Shown in pieces: positions 1 through 12,963 of a stretch of 64,000 nt of DNA. A program made the translations under genes and the position numbers. Source of the stretch: Magallana gigas (Eukaryota); NCBI RefSeq assembly GCF_963853765.1, contig NC_088854.1, positions 56,606,001-56,670,000 of the forward strand, written 5' to 3'. The notes under the pieces were generated by a model. The model made no database searches. It was not told the DNA's origin and saw only the letters and a program-made list of their open reading frames with translations. The first letter of the stretch is position 1. The number at the start of each line of letters is the position of its first letter.

Positions 1-1094
1 GCCTTGCTTTTATCAGGACTGCTCTGGGGTGAGGATTTTTCCGATTTACCATCACCTGATTTAATTCCCTTTGGTACAAATGATGGAGGTGGCATTAGTT
101 TGAGGTCTTTCTCATCGTCATCGTCATAGTCATCATCCTCTGTACCTGCTGTATACATAGATATAGCTCATATAGAGCTTGTTATACAGCAACATCACAT
201 ACAAATTTACTTTATTCTTGTAGTCTACAGATTGACCAATGAAGAGCTTTACATCATCAGTTGTCATATATATTGACTGACATACATAAGTATGTTAGCC
301 AAAATCTTTGTTCTTGATAAAGAAAAATACATAATATTTCAATCATTTAAACTAGCTGCTTGGTATTTAATATAGAGTCAATTTTCATGTAATTTATCTC
401 TTCCCCACCGGATAGCAGTTTTGATTTTTGCAGATTCATTATATAATTGACAAATAGCTGGGAGTTACCATTTGCAGGCACAAGAAGACCATGCATGGCT
501 TCCTTCACCCTCTCTGTCTCTTCATCCACTGCCTCTGTTATGTCAGAATAATCAACTGCAGTTGGAGACTTCGCAGAAAAGTCCTCTAATAAAAAATATC
601 AAAGAGAAGAAACTTAAAATTAGTGCATAATTTCAGCATGTCAAAAGTCATCAACAGTGTACGTCACAATGATACAGTGACAGTCTGTTGTGAATGTCAG
701 AGGACTTACCTGACATACTGTCATCATCATCTTGTCTGTCATTTTCTTCATCCCCGGTAATCTCCTTGACCATTACTCCAATACCACCAAGAGAACTAAG
801 GGATCCCAAATGTCTTTTTGATTCCTTTATAAAAAATACAACTTTCACCAACTCATTCATCCAGATGTTTTAAACACCAGCCTATGATGGACCAATCATA
901 ATTTATTCAATTTTCTTCATGAGTTTACTTTATTTGTATTTTTATCTTTAACCTACTCGATGGGCATTGCCTACCTCATCTAGAAAATCCTCCGTCAGGT
1001 CACCTTTCTCATCAATGTTACCAAAAAGGAATCCTGTCATGGAGGACATTGTTCCATGACTGTCCGAGGGGTCATGTTCATCTTCACTATCCAT
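1..1094 (-). CDS. TAF1: TFIID subunit 1, N-terminal exons (975-1094, 710-824, 469-585, <1-148); gene continues off the left edge
   Basis: GT-AG spliced frame MDSEDEHDPSDSHGTMSSMTGFLFGNIDEKGDLTEDFLDE / ESKRHLGSLSSLGGIGVMVKEIT / EDFSAKSPTAVDYSDITEAVDEE / GTEDDDYDDDDEKDLKLMPPP. This matches the TAF1 TAND motifs GFLFGNI, KxHLxxL, AVDYSDI and KLMPPP, and exon phases are consistent. Confidence 0.93.
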
Positions 1095-1592
1095 ATTGGA
1101 GAAGTTGTGCCTCCAAATCTAAGGAAGCTTATTTCATAGAAAGATCTCAGTCATTATCTGTTGACATGTGTCCATCTACATGACAGTATTCAGCACCAAC
1201 AGTTCCAACCTACAATATTAAAGAATTACATACAGTACATCTTCATAAAGTTGATTTAAACATGTTAGCTCCGTTACATCCCAGACATACAAAATCAAAT
1301 AAAAAATCCACAAAATGGGTAGAGAGTCAATAGTAATGTTTCAAGTTATGGGGATTTGCTTAATTTTTTATTTATGTTTATTTTAGGAAAATTATTCTTT
1401 GGTATGTTTTCCATTCTCATTCTGAAATGTAACTGCCTTAGAAAATATATAAACACAATAAAAAATATATATATTTATATATATGCATATATTTGAAAAT
1501 AATAATTCTGCATTGTAATGAAATGCATTACACTGTAAGTTAATGAGCATCTGACTCTTTTCACTTGATCAACTTCAACTTCGACGAATCGA

Positions 1593-1602
1593 CGCCATAT
1601 TG
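1593..1602 (-). promoter_or_regulatory. YY1-like motif in the probable TAF1 promoter/5' region
   Basis: CAATATGGCG on the minus strand (AANATGGC consensus) about 500 bp upstream of the TAF1 ATG. Motif match only. Confidence 0.3.
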
Positions 1603-2298
1603 TTTTATTTCTAAAATAAAGAACCGAACGGACAAGCCGTAACAATCCGGATCATTTGATAACAAAAGAACTTACGACAAAATATATCTTTACAGTCATG
1701 TCTTATTGACCCCAACGAGTAAAATTTATACAAAACCTTTACATCTTAAATATTTCAATAATATAAGTATGTTGTATTGATATAAGTTCAAACATTTGGT
1801 AGCTAGCATGTTGAACTGAATAATGACTGAGCATTTTCAGTTACTTTGCAAATCGAAAGTTCTTTCGTAAAGCGCAGTCCTCGGGACGTATATAAACTGC
1901 TATATATTATATTTATCAATGCTTAACATTTTTATGAATTCCCAAAGGGAATTTCTTAATCTTTTTTTTTTTTTTACATGGTATGCAACCGTGCGTTTTT
2001 CTCTTTATTTACAATAAACATGTTTGAGAAATTTTCATCACCTGGAATCTTAATTATTACTCACGAGAACGACAAAAACTTGATGTCATTAGTTATAACC
2101 ACAATTAAGGACCGAATATGAACATAAGAACTATAAATTGAAAAAGTTGAAATAAATTATTCTGACATCAGTAGAATATGCTGCATGTCCGATCCTCGGG
2201 ACCATATGAACTGGACATAAACTATAGTCATTTATTTTTATAACAGATTTTAACAATAATTTCCTTTACATGCTTTAGGGGGTTGTACAGCATGTACT

Positions 2299-2301
<3 letters not shown>

Positions 2302-2373
<72 letters not shown>
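2302..2373. repeat. (GA)n microsatellite
   Basis: About 36 uninterrupted GA/AG units. Confidence 0.98.
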
Positions 2374-2376
<3 letters not shown>

Positions 2377-3519
2377 ATATATAATCATTTATATTAAAGA
2401 GAGAGAGAATATATATATTCATTTAAAATTGATGACTTCGGCAAATTTAAAAAATCAATAATTTTTACACTAGACTTTGTTAACGGTCAATGTGCCGTCT
2501 GTTGATTGTTAAGGAATCCTATCTTGTATCTTTTTTAATTTTAATCCATGCAGGAACGCAATATATGTCTTCATGTACCGTGGCATTTAAATGATCTACC
2601 GTAAATCCTTTCATGATAGAATAATTTAATGTCTGTATGTTTGACCACGATTCTGATAGAGAGTTACTCTTGTTGTAAATAAATTATATCCCCTTTTGAG
2701 CACCTCAACCCCAAGCTTTAATACACACCTTAACACTATGTAATGCACATGTATTACTAATTAACTTCAACGCTTTTAAAGCTTTGTTTTTTGTTTTTTT
2801 TAAAGTTTTGTCCATCACAACAACTGTTACAGACCTAATTATATGAAAATGGTATTTCAAAAAGGTATTGTCCAAGGCATATCGATTTTCCAAGAGTGTT
2901 CAAATTAATTCATACGTTGATAGTTTACGGATTTTTTTTTTTTAAAATATTTTTCACTCTTCGCTAATTATAATTAGCACTGATGAGTATTTCTTCAGTG
3001 TTTGCACAGTATGGCACGGCGATTAGTTAACAGGCTGTGTAATGGCTGGATTTGACATGTGTACATAATCAGCTCGTAATTACATGTAGAGGCCATGTGT
3101 CAAATCACGGGGATATAGTAATCAACGGCGGAAAACATTTACCTATAAATCTGAGATCAATGAGTTACTAAAAGACAGAAAGTTACTCGGCATAGAGAGA
3201 AGAGTTTCAGAAATCTTCAAATCCAGCAAATCTGCAAGCACACAGCTCGATTTTCCAATAGTAGCGTAAACGGAAGAAAATAATAACTTCTCCCCGTTGT
3301 GCATAATTCATTATTTGCTATGAATAAACAGTGATTGTGAATGCAGTAGTACAGACAGTGATATCATGTGGTGATTTTGACCGATAATCGGGTGATTGTT
3401 TATGTTTGATCATTGCCCACCAGAGATAAGATTCACGCCCGGATTTGTGGTGGGGAGAGATATCTGATCACCGTAATATCCTTGTAAGTGGATCTGGGAA
3501 AGCCAGAGTCTGGGCAGCC

Positions 3520-6500
3520 ATGTCGAGCCTGTTTTCATGCTTTGGGAAGAAAAGCAAAGTGAAGAGAGGAAACAAAGAGCCCAAGGACAGGAAGGTGAGA
3601 CATCGCTCTTTGGTCTTTATTCGTGTCATTCTGATTTTAACTACAAAAATCATTGGTATTAATTAAGCTTCCAAAGCATCGATTTTTTTCTTTGTGTAAT
3701 TAACAAGTTTATGTTTGTGTACATGATGCGTAAGATGTGTATCTCGTTGTCAAAACTATAGCCAGCAGTTATATGAACATCACCGATATATCCAAAACAT
3801 GTACAATTTATTGGTTTTTCGTAAAACATTTATACCTCGGCTAACAACTTGAGAACGACATCAGCTGACTGGGACATCTTCCGTGACCATGTGCCGGGTT
3901 TTAGTTCGAGTAAATAATGTGCAACCTACACGTGTTGTAAATATGAGTCAAAACAAATAATTTATCGACGGGCTTCACACACAACCTTAAAAATTGTCTT
4001 TTTTTTTTAATTTCTAAAATTTCAATTTTTCGTATTGGGGAACACATTATTGATTTTCTTATTAAGTGTTAATTGGGAGAAAATTATTCCTCGCGATTTT
4101 TGCCTATATTTTTACTAGATAAGTGGAATAAATACGGTAGCGAAACAATCTTGAACGGAAGTCGAATTTAAACGTTCTGGTAACTCGCTGTTGCATGGAT
4201 TAATCCAGATTATGTTTACCGGTCACTAGCTATATTAAATATGCCCAAACCCGGTATATAATTGCTGTAAGAATTAGATAAAAACGGGCATTTAACAGCC
4301 GCATTACGTGCAGTGACCGTGACCTTAAAAAGGGACCGGTTATTAATTCACTAAAACCTTGTTTTTCTCCCAAAACAGAAAGATGCAAAACACAGAGAAC
4401 AGATCCCGGCTCCCATTGAGGACGAACGAAAACCACCGGTAGAGGAAAGTATTCCAGATAAAGCCCAGGTAATTACTTAATTAAGGATAACAATGGATCT
4501 GTATACATTAATAGTGTTAGCATTGCAGTGAGAGGGGTGGGGGGGGGGGGAGGTGGGGGTCGTCGTTCTTGGTAATATTTGAAGTAAGTGTAATGATCAT
4601 GCATTGGCTCAGGAAATTTTATTTTGCACAGATTTATGACCTTAACAGTAAACACTAATTTTGTTATGAGTTGGTAACATGTAAATATCCAGTCACATTA
4701 CAGTCAGTTTGACTTACTTCTATATCCGATGATTAAAATTGTACATAAGCCCAAACAATTTAATAAGCACATCATAATAAATCGTTATTTTGAATTTAGC
4801 AAAATGGGGACGTACATAAAGAGGAGGCGGAAGTGCCACCGCCCGAGGAGACCAGCAGTCCTTTGATTAAGGAGCTGGAAAACAAACTGCAGAAGAGAAG
4901 GGAGAAAAATAGTACGTCTGACGAGCATACAACAGAAGCGAAAGAAAATGAAGTCATCCCACAGCAAGCTAAACAATCGGAACAAACAATTCCTGAGCAA
5001 ATTCCCCCAAAACCCACCCGCTCACAGTCGGAGAAAAAATCCGCTCCCATCGCGGCGGAAAAGAAAGATGCAGAAAGCGATGCACTAGAGAGTCAGGTGG
5101 AAAAGCTACGATCGGAGATCGCACAACTAAGAACAGAGAATATTAAACTAAGAGAAAAGGCGTCCGAGAATGACAAACTCAAGAAAGCACAGACAGAAAA
5201 ATTAGAGCTGGAAGAGAAAGTTAAAAGTCTGGAAGACTTGAACCAACAAATACAGGCGCGAGAAAAGAATATGTCCTCTGAGTACGCAGAGTTAAAGAAA
5301 AAAGTAGCCAAGGAAGAAGATAGGATGAATGACGAAGTACAGGAAAGGTTAGGAATTGCTCTCAAAGAAAGACAAAATATTTTGGCATCGTTCGAGGAGT
5401 TAAGCCAGTTGTGTTGCAAACTTGCCCCTAGACTTGATTCGATCGAGTCAGCAAAAGAGAAACAGAAAACACCGGACGATGTGTTACCGCGCGTGGAAAC
5501 CTTAGGAGAATCCCAGAAAATGGTCAGTAAAGACGTCACAACACTAAGGCACCATCTGGATGAGCTGGAACTTCGTATTATTCGTCTGGAGGTGGATAAA
5601 GACAACATGGAAGATTCAAATGGCGATAAGTTTGCTGCTTTAGAGGATATGAAAAAAGAAAACACTGCTTTGATGGCAAAAATAAAGAAATTGGAAGTGG
5701 AACTGGAGGTGAAGAAATCGAATTTGCTCCGTGTGGAGAACGAGAAATCATTGATGTCATCACAGCTGTCAGTTCTCATGACGGAGGTGGAAAACCTAAA
5801 AAGGAAGATGGATGAGTTGTCGATAGCTCATGGCGAGAAAGAGGCAGAATTGGAGATCTCTGTAAGAAAGCACTCGACGCTGAACGAAGAGATCAAAGTT
5901 CAAGGAATCAAGCTACAAACAATGGCGTCACTTGTCAAAGAAAAGGAAGAAGCGTGCAACAAAGCCGAGAAGAAAATGAGGGAAGCTAAAAAACTTAACG
6001 AGGAACTCATGAAACGGTACGCGATTTTAGATAATGTAGGCAACCTGTACAAAGCACCCGTGAACAATGCGCTATTAATTATTCATTGTAAAGTAACATA
6101 TTTCCGTGTACGAAATAAAACCCGAAAGATGAGTTTTTTTAAAAATGTTCCCTTTTTAATCACAGATTACACGAACAAGAAAAGAAAAGTCCCGCCAAAA
6201 TGAATGGCGCCGCTTCACCAGCTGCGCCTCTAGCAGACGACATGGACCGCATGCGGAAAATATCAGAGCGGTTTGCTGTAGAACTTTACGGAGGTTTGTG
6301 GCGGGAAGCATTTGAAAAGCTCACAACAGTATTTAAAAGGGAGGAGAAGAAATCGCTACAGATACTGATGGACTTCTGCACGGTAATCTTCATACGCCCA
6401 AACATAAGATGTAAATTTTCTAAAAATATCAGTAATTTTCCAAAGGCTTCCATAGACAGCGTAAACCAACATTGTGATCTCTATTGTTTCAGGAGGCGTA

Positions 6501-7536
6501 CCTTCATTGCCGACGGACGGCCAGGCAACAGTTGGACTCCGTGTACTCTCTACTGACGAACCCTTCCGTCACTCACGGACGTAACAGCATCAGCAGACGA
6601 TCGCCGTCATCTGTAAGTATCAATACTGATTTCTTTTCGATTCGATTTCTTCCTTCTTGTCGTGTTGTTATTGATGTTGTTATTGTTGTTGTTGTGATTT
6701 AAACTCTTTTATAAAATCTTGTTTTAGAATATATATAAGAATATTATTATACAGAAACAGTCGACGCCCGAGAATATTCCGCCAAGTCTACGTCACCAGA
6801 TTGTACAGTTCCGCAAGGATCCATCCAGGGACTTCCTTGATAGCTTATACGATGTAAGATCCCTAGGTTTACCTTGTTTAAACCCAGTTTTAGTCTACCA
6901 ATAACAGAACCGACTTTATTACATGTAATTATTTTAAAAGTTGTCTGGATTACACTAGGGCTGAATACGGTAGCATACAATCAGTACATAGTTATCAATT
7001 TTGCAACTGTATTAAAAATCATATTGGTTTTTGTATTGCATCAGGGGAATTTAAAAGTACATGTTCTAAAATGTAATATATAAGGGAAAAAATTCTGATC
7101 CACAAAGATAAGAAGGGCAGACTAACTAATTTTTAGAACAAACAAAATTTTCGAAATGTAGAAACCATTTCACTTTGATTATCAGCATAACTTGGAATTC
7201 TCATTGAATGCTTTTGATTTCCAGGATTTCCTGAGTGTGTTAGACTTCCAGAAGTCCCGTCACCTAAGAAGCTTCCACATGAAGGAAGTAAAGGACATTG
7301 CCCCCTACATCACCAGGTGTCTTGCCATTAGCTGGGAGATGGTGGTCCAGGACCCACCCATGTACCTGCAGTTCAAAGTTCGGCACGGAACACCCGTGGA
7401 TCGGGAAAAGTACAACTTTTACACCACAGAAGGGGATGTGGTAGACTATCTTGTGTGGCCCGCCGTTTTGAGGGAGGAAAATGGCGCGGTGCTTCAGAAA
7501 GGGAAAGTGCAGGCTATCTCCCCTAGGCCGGTGTAA
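3520..7536 (+). CDS. Coiled-coil protein with Mieap/SPATA18-like C-terminal domain, 7 exons (3520-3594, 4379-4468, 4800-6016, 6166-6382, 6493-6612, 6755-6853, 7225-7536), 709 aa
   Basis: All introns are GT-AG and phase-consistent (2130 nt). Exon 3 is a ~400-aa E/K-rich heptad region. The C-terminus has KISERFAVELYGGLWREAFEKL ... YITRCLAISWEMVVQDPPM ... YTTEGDVVDYLVWPAV ... GAVLQKG, the pattern of the MIEAP domain family. Confidence 0.78.
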
Positions 7537-9088
7537 TGGTCCCAATGATGTTGGGTCGTTCTATTGCAAATCAAAGATTGACAAGGGTCCACGTTAACAT
7601 TTATTTTTTAACCCTGCTAATAGGGATTGTTCAGGAAGTCGCCATTTTGATCAATGCTTGGCATTTAGTTTTTCCTTAACAATGACGTCATGTTGTATTG
7701 TAATTTATTTTAAGTCTTCGATTTTTTAATTTGTTGTTTTACATGCATTGTGTTGACCAATACAGAGCCCAGTCTGTACCACTGCCTTCTAATAGTCGTA
7801 TTACAGATCTGGATCTTTTATAAAGAAAAGGGTCTTTTGAGATGTAAATATTTTTTTTGAGTGTTTATTGCATTAAGGCAAAGATTTTTATTATATTCAG
7901 AAAATGTCGGACTCGTCTCGCTTGTTTTAGTTCTTGTTTTTAAATTAGTATTTATTCATCTTTTATTTGTTTTTGCATTTAATATACTAACTCAGCACAC
8001 AAAATAGATGGGTAAGGTGTTTTTTACGAAGAGGGTGAAGAAATCAATTGTTTAATGATGCTCACGCTTTGTCTAGTCACCGGATGTTAACAGCGTCCGG
8101 TTGTCGTAATTCTAGTATTACACTAAATGCAATACTTAACGATATTTTTATCTAATTGGTGCCATTTCCCCGGAGATTTTATTTTACACCGTATAACTAT
8201 ATAGAAGTAGAGACTACCATCATATATTATTTGATAAGGAATCCATTTATCCTGTGGTTTTTAGGACGTTTATTTGTAGTAATTTTTATTGAGTGTTTTT
8301 CACTCCCTTTCCATTAGATGGTTGGATGAGTTGTATCAGTTGTTAGTGACATTTTTTTTGCTTGGCATTTTGCGGTTGTGTATATCCTGTACATCTGTTG
8401 TGTCTATTTTGTTGTTGAGAATAAAATGATGTCAAAGTATATTGCTTTGTGGATTTATATTTAATGGAATTTCTAACAGAAAAAAGTATACATAAAAATA
8501 AATAAATATACATGTAATATTCAATGTTTGAGATTAAGAGGCGCATTTTCATAATTAACATCATTAATTGAACATAAAGCAAAACATATTTTTAGATACT
8601 AGTAGTTTAAACAAATGTCTTATTGCCATAGGTGGTTAATTTTACCATTGATTCTTATGGAACATGAAATTGACGGGTAAGTTTTTTTTTTTTTTTTTTT
8701 TTTTTTATAAGACTGGTAATTGCTCATCGAGTTGCTTTCTTTAAATGAGGTTGGATAGAAAACAAATCAAATCATGAGAAACAAATCGACCACTGTACAT
8801 GTATCGTTACATCGAGAAAAAAAAGGTAAGTTAAATGTGCTACAAAAAGCACCGCTGGGTTCGGGCCTCTGAGGCCAACAGGTCGCGTTCGTTTGATGGG
8901 ATTTTTTTCTTTCATCTTTCATTTTTCCCGTTCAACTTTTCTTGCCCCTTCTCTTCCTAAAGGCGATTGGACTGTGAACATGCATATAAAGTAGAATCGG
9001 CCTTTACTAGAAGGGCCTCTCTATCTGTGCTCTGATTAGAGGTAATAATCCCACCCTTATGTTAACAGAGATCTCAATAATCATTGAA

Positions 9089-9245
9089 GTGTCCACCGTG
9101 CTGTATGCAAGATGGATTTTCTTGTGCTAGTCTGATTGCATTTCAAGATGACGAACCACCTTTTGACAGTGGCAATAGACGGCCCATCATTTGATGACTG
9201 TAATGCAGGAAGTGCAATCTACATTTGGTACACCAACAGACAAAG
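9089..9245 (+). pseudogene. Degenerate hAT/ZNF862-like transposase C-terminal (dimerisation) fragment
   Basis: Frameshifted VST..AR-GFSC..LI followed by LLTVAIDGPSFDD..AIYIWYTNRQR. This resembles the hAT motifs (S/T)A.CERGFS and LM.I.IEGP..F...AV..W...K.RR. Confidence 0.55.
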
Positions 9246-9666
9246 ACAAGGTACATTTGGTACACCAATAGACAGACACACCGTGGACCACATTTGGTAC
9301 ACCAAAAGACAGAGAGAAGGTGGACCACATTTGGTACACCAATAGACAGAGACAAGGTGGACCACATTTGGTAAACCAATAGACAGAGACAAGGTGGACC
9401 ACATTTGGTACACCAACAGACAGAGACAAGGTGGACCACATTTGGTACACCAATAGACATAGACAAGGTGGACCACATTTGGTACACCAACGGACAGAGA
9501 CAAGGTGGACCACATTTGGTACACCAATAGACACACACACAGTGGACCACATTTGGTACACCAACGGACTGAGACAAGGTGGACCACATTTGGTACACCA
9601 ACAGACAGAGACAAGGTGGACCACATTTGGTAAACCAATAGACAAAGACAAGGTGGACCACATTTG
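9221..9666. repeat. 37-bp minisatellite, ~12 copies
   Basis: Unit GGTGGACCACATTTGGTACACCAATAGACAGAGACAA. CATTTG recurs at 9254, 9291, 9328, 9365 ... 9624, 9661 with an exact 37-bp period and no spacers. Confidence 0.97.
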
Positions 9667-11024
9667 AAGTAGACAAAGGAAGAGGATGAGGATGCTTTGC
9701 TGAATTTCTTAATTGCATATGACCCCTGGCTCAGTGTACAGTTTAAATGATGACTTTTAAATACATAACAAAAAATGACACTTTACTTTGTCTACAGTAT
9801 TACTGTTTACTTCTTTAATACGTTATAATAAAAAGAATGTGTAATGTATATGCAATTCGGATATTGAGTTACTTAGAGATAAAATTATTTCATGTTTCTT
9901 CTTCTTCTTAATTACTCGGGCTAGTCAGAGCTTGAGTTCACGTGCCCGACGGTCAAGGAGATTTATAGGTTGATGTCTACCCCTGACTTATAAATGAGAA
10001 ATTCTGGTAAAGAGAGATGATGATATAAACAGCAAAATGCTTCTATCAGCAGTTCATACGGAATAGCGAACCCTTCGGAAAAATTTCCGTTTACAGACTC
10101 GGTATAACTTATCCATTAAGGATACGTATCTTTAAAGTTTAGAATCAACACAGCTGTTCATCTTTGATATTATAGGTGAAATTAGATTTTGTTTTTTAAT
10201 TGTTTGTATGGTTTCAAAGGAAGTAACAGATGTTAGTCTCCACGGGAACGACTACAAAAGGCTCATGGACTGCATCTCTCGCCTGAGCAAACTGGCTATA
10301 CCAATGCACATGTACCGGTATTATATTTTTATGACTTTTCTTTTGTATTAAACATTTCCAAATTCATGAAATTATCACATCAGTCACGCCAGTAAACACA
10401 ACTAGATTTGTCAACAACTGCATATACATATACTGAGTGCTACAAGTATTTTCCTCCCATTTTATAAGTTTCAGGTTGACTACGTATTGATTAATTATTT
10501 CTCTGTCGTGTCGAACTTGGCTACATTATTGAGAGTACAGAATGCAAAGACTGCACGGATGCACGTTACACTTCCAAATAGATGCAGTATATTATCTAAA
10601 TATATATATATAGGATGGTTGGCTGGTCCTTTCAACTTACTGGTTGACATTAAAAAAGGAGGGGGAGGGGGAGGGGCGGCGCAAAATTTAAGTTTTATAA
10701 GAACAACAAAGCTAGCATGCTGAGTAAGTTTTCGTTTATAAATAGAACCACTTCTACTTTAAAAATGTTTGACTGAAAACGAATATACATGCATATCAAC
10801 TTTATTTATATTTAATTAACTAAAATTGACAAGATTTAGTTGACAAGATAAATTTAGCATATTTTTTACGCATACATTCGTAAGAAAAGTGAAGCGGCGA
10901 GATTAAGTGCATGCATACGCATTTTAAAAGCAGGTAAAGTGGTAGATAAATAGCCAAGACTGTCCAGAGTTGTCGTTCCCTTCTACACTAAAATTACTTT
11001 CACTTTGCCTTTCAACAAGACACA

Positions 11025-12963
11025 ATGAGGCGTTTACTTTTAATTTCCAATTCTACTCTTCATGGAAGTGGTTATTTAGATCACTGCAAAGAACAGATAA
11101 AATCCTTTCTAAGTAGGTAAGTGAATAAATCAATCGGTTGTATAAAACTCTTTCAAGATAATCGTAAATGGGGGCCAAGAAGGGGGCGTGTACCATCATG
11201 TGCATGTACATCTTAATTATCACAGGCCTCTGTCAATATAAGCCGTAAACAGTGGTAAATGTATGGAAAGAGAAATAAATATACCCTCTCTACATACTGC
11301 ATATATATTTATATATGTAGATTTAATTTGATTAATGATCTTGTTTCAGTTCAGTCCAGAAGGTTTTGTTTGCCCCCTATGCTCTTCATGACAGGGATGC
11401 ATACACAAAGCTTGCAAGAACAGCATTCAACGAGATGGGTACGTAAAATGTATTTTGATCATGTATTTTGCGATTATAAGTACATGTAGTATGGTATAAA
11501 AACAGCTCAAGCACTTAATTGTCACTTCAACAGGAATAGTCATACTATACCTCTGAATATTTTTGAAGGCTATGATCTTGATGGAATCCATGAACATAAA
11601 AGTGCCGTAGAGGCAGTGAAAGCTGCTCAAGCCATTTTCATTGGTGAGGTTCTGAACAATTTTACAATGTACATGTATATTGTCTTCATAAATTAATATT
11701 TTAAAACACTTTATTGATCTTGCTATATGCTTTTGTAAATCTAATCCTCAGGTGGAGGAAATACATTCAGACTGCTGAAAACACTGTATGACGAGAAAAT
11801 TGTGGAGTTGATCAGGGAACGAGTTACCAATGTAAGAGACAATGCAACATAGATCAACTCTAAATTATAAAGCTAACTTAGTTGATGGAACGGAGCACCC
11901 AATTACCTTCAAATTGAAGATCCTCAATTCAATCCATGCAGTCAGCTGTGTTTTTTGCTTTCCTGTTATATGTATTCTCAATGTTTATTATGGATCTCAT
12001 TAAACAGGAGAATGTGCCATATATAGGGTCAAGTGCTGGAACAAATGTGGCCACCCACAGCATCAATACAACCAATGACATGCCCATCGTTCACCCGCCC
12101 ACATTTGATGCCATCGGACTCGTTCCGTTCAACATAAACCCTCATTATTTGGACCCTGACCCCAACAGCAAACACATGGGGGTCAGTTTCCATTAGAAAT
12201 ATTTTTATTCCTATTTGTTTTTTTGCAAGTTTTAAAGTTGCGAAATTGATTTGTTTCAGGAAACCCGTGAGGCACGAATCAAGCAATACCACGAGTATGA
12301 AACATCGCCCCCTGTTCTGGTCAGTATGCAGACTACATAGATATTAATTTCTTCCAAATCAAGTGCAAGCATTATTTTAATCCTGATATATTGTAATGTT
12401 TATCTTTTAATGGTGACATAAACTGCAGATACCATTTCATAGACCACACATTTTGATGTATTGGCATAACAGAATTCATAGCCCTTTCATGAAATTAGAA
12501 AAGTTCAATTTATGTTGCTGTCATATGCAAAACCTCTTTATACATACAAATACATGTGGAGCTCATTGTTTGCAGGGACTCAGAGAAGGCTGTATTCTTT
12601 TAGTGGAGGGAGACAAAGCAACATTAAAAGGCAAAACAGGGGCAAGGCTATTTGTCAGGTGAATATACTATCTAGCATCTACTAAATAATATACCGGCCC
12701 ACGAATACATGAACCTGGGCACGACTGACATCTGAAAGGTTAATCCACGTACCGGCAATAATACACAGAACAAGGAGACTTCCATAAACTGGCTTGAACT
12801 GTTTGTAATTACTTTAAATTGTTTGAGTTATATACTGTATCTATTCTTTAATATTATGTAATCTGCGTTTATCTTACTATATTTATTATGTCATCATTGT
12901 AGGGGGAAGGAACCAGTCGAATACCAGCCAGATGATGATTTGAGTGCTCTTCTCAGTAATTAG
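11025..12963 (+). CDS. pepE: Alpha-aspartyl dipeptidase / peptidase E (S51 family), 8 exons (11025-11116, 11350-11438, 11569-11643, 11752-11831, 12008-12181, 12260-12319, 12576-12658, 12903-12963), 237 aa
   Basis: [46 protein letters not shown] (catalytic Ser), NINPHY (His), GLREG (Glu). All introns GT-AG; 714 nt in frame. Confidence 0.95.

Noticed and set aside
2982-3001. TGATGA box-C motif within a short CACTGA/TCAGTG inverted repeat (C/D snoRNA?)
   Set aside because: Far too short, with no box D at a suitable distance.
5093-5779. 228-aa Ser/Phe-rich minus-strand ORF
   Set aside because: Antisense shadow of the E/K-rich coiled-coil exon.
9221-9666. CRISPR array (37-bp partly palindromic repeats)
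   Set aside because: Units are contiguous with no unique spacers, there are no cas genes, and the context is eukaryotic. It is a minisatellite.
9143-9718. Overlapping Cys/Val-rich ORFs on the minus strand and WYT-repeat ORFs on the plus strand
   Set aside because: By-products of a stop-poor 37-bp repeat read in rotating frames; no splice or promoter support.
12696-12728. [10 protein letters not shown] peptide in PepE intron 7, reminiscent (from memory) of a vertebrate PepE C-terminus
   Set aside because: No acceptor in the required phase, and exon 12903-12963 already supplies a proper terminus; probably coincidence.
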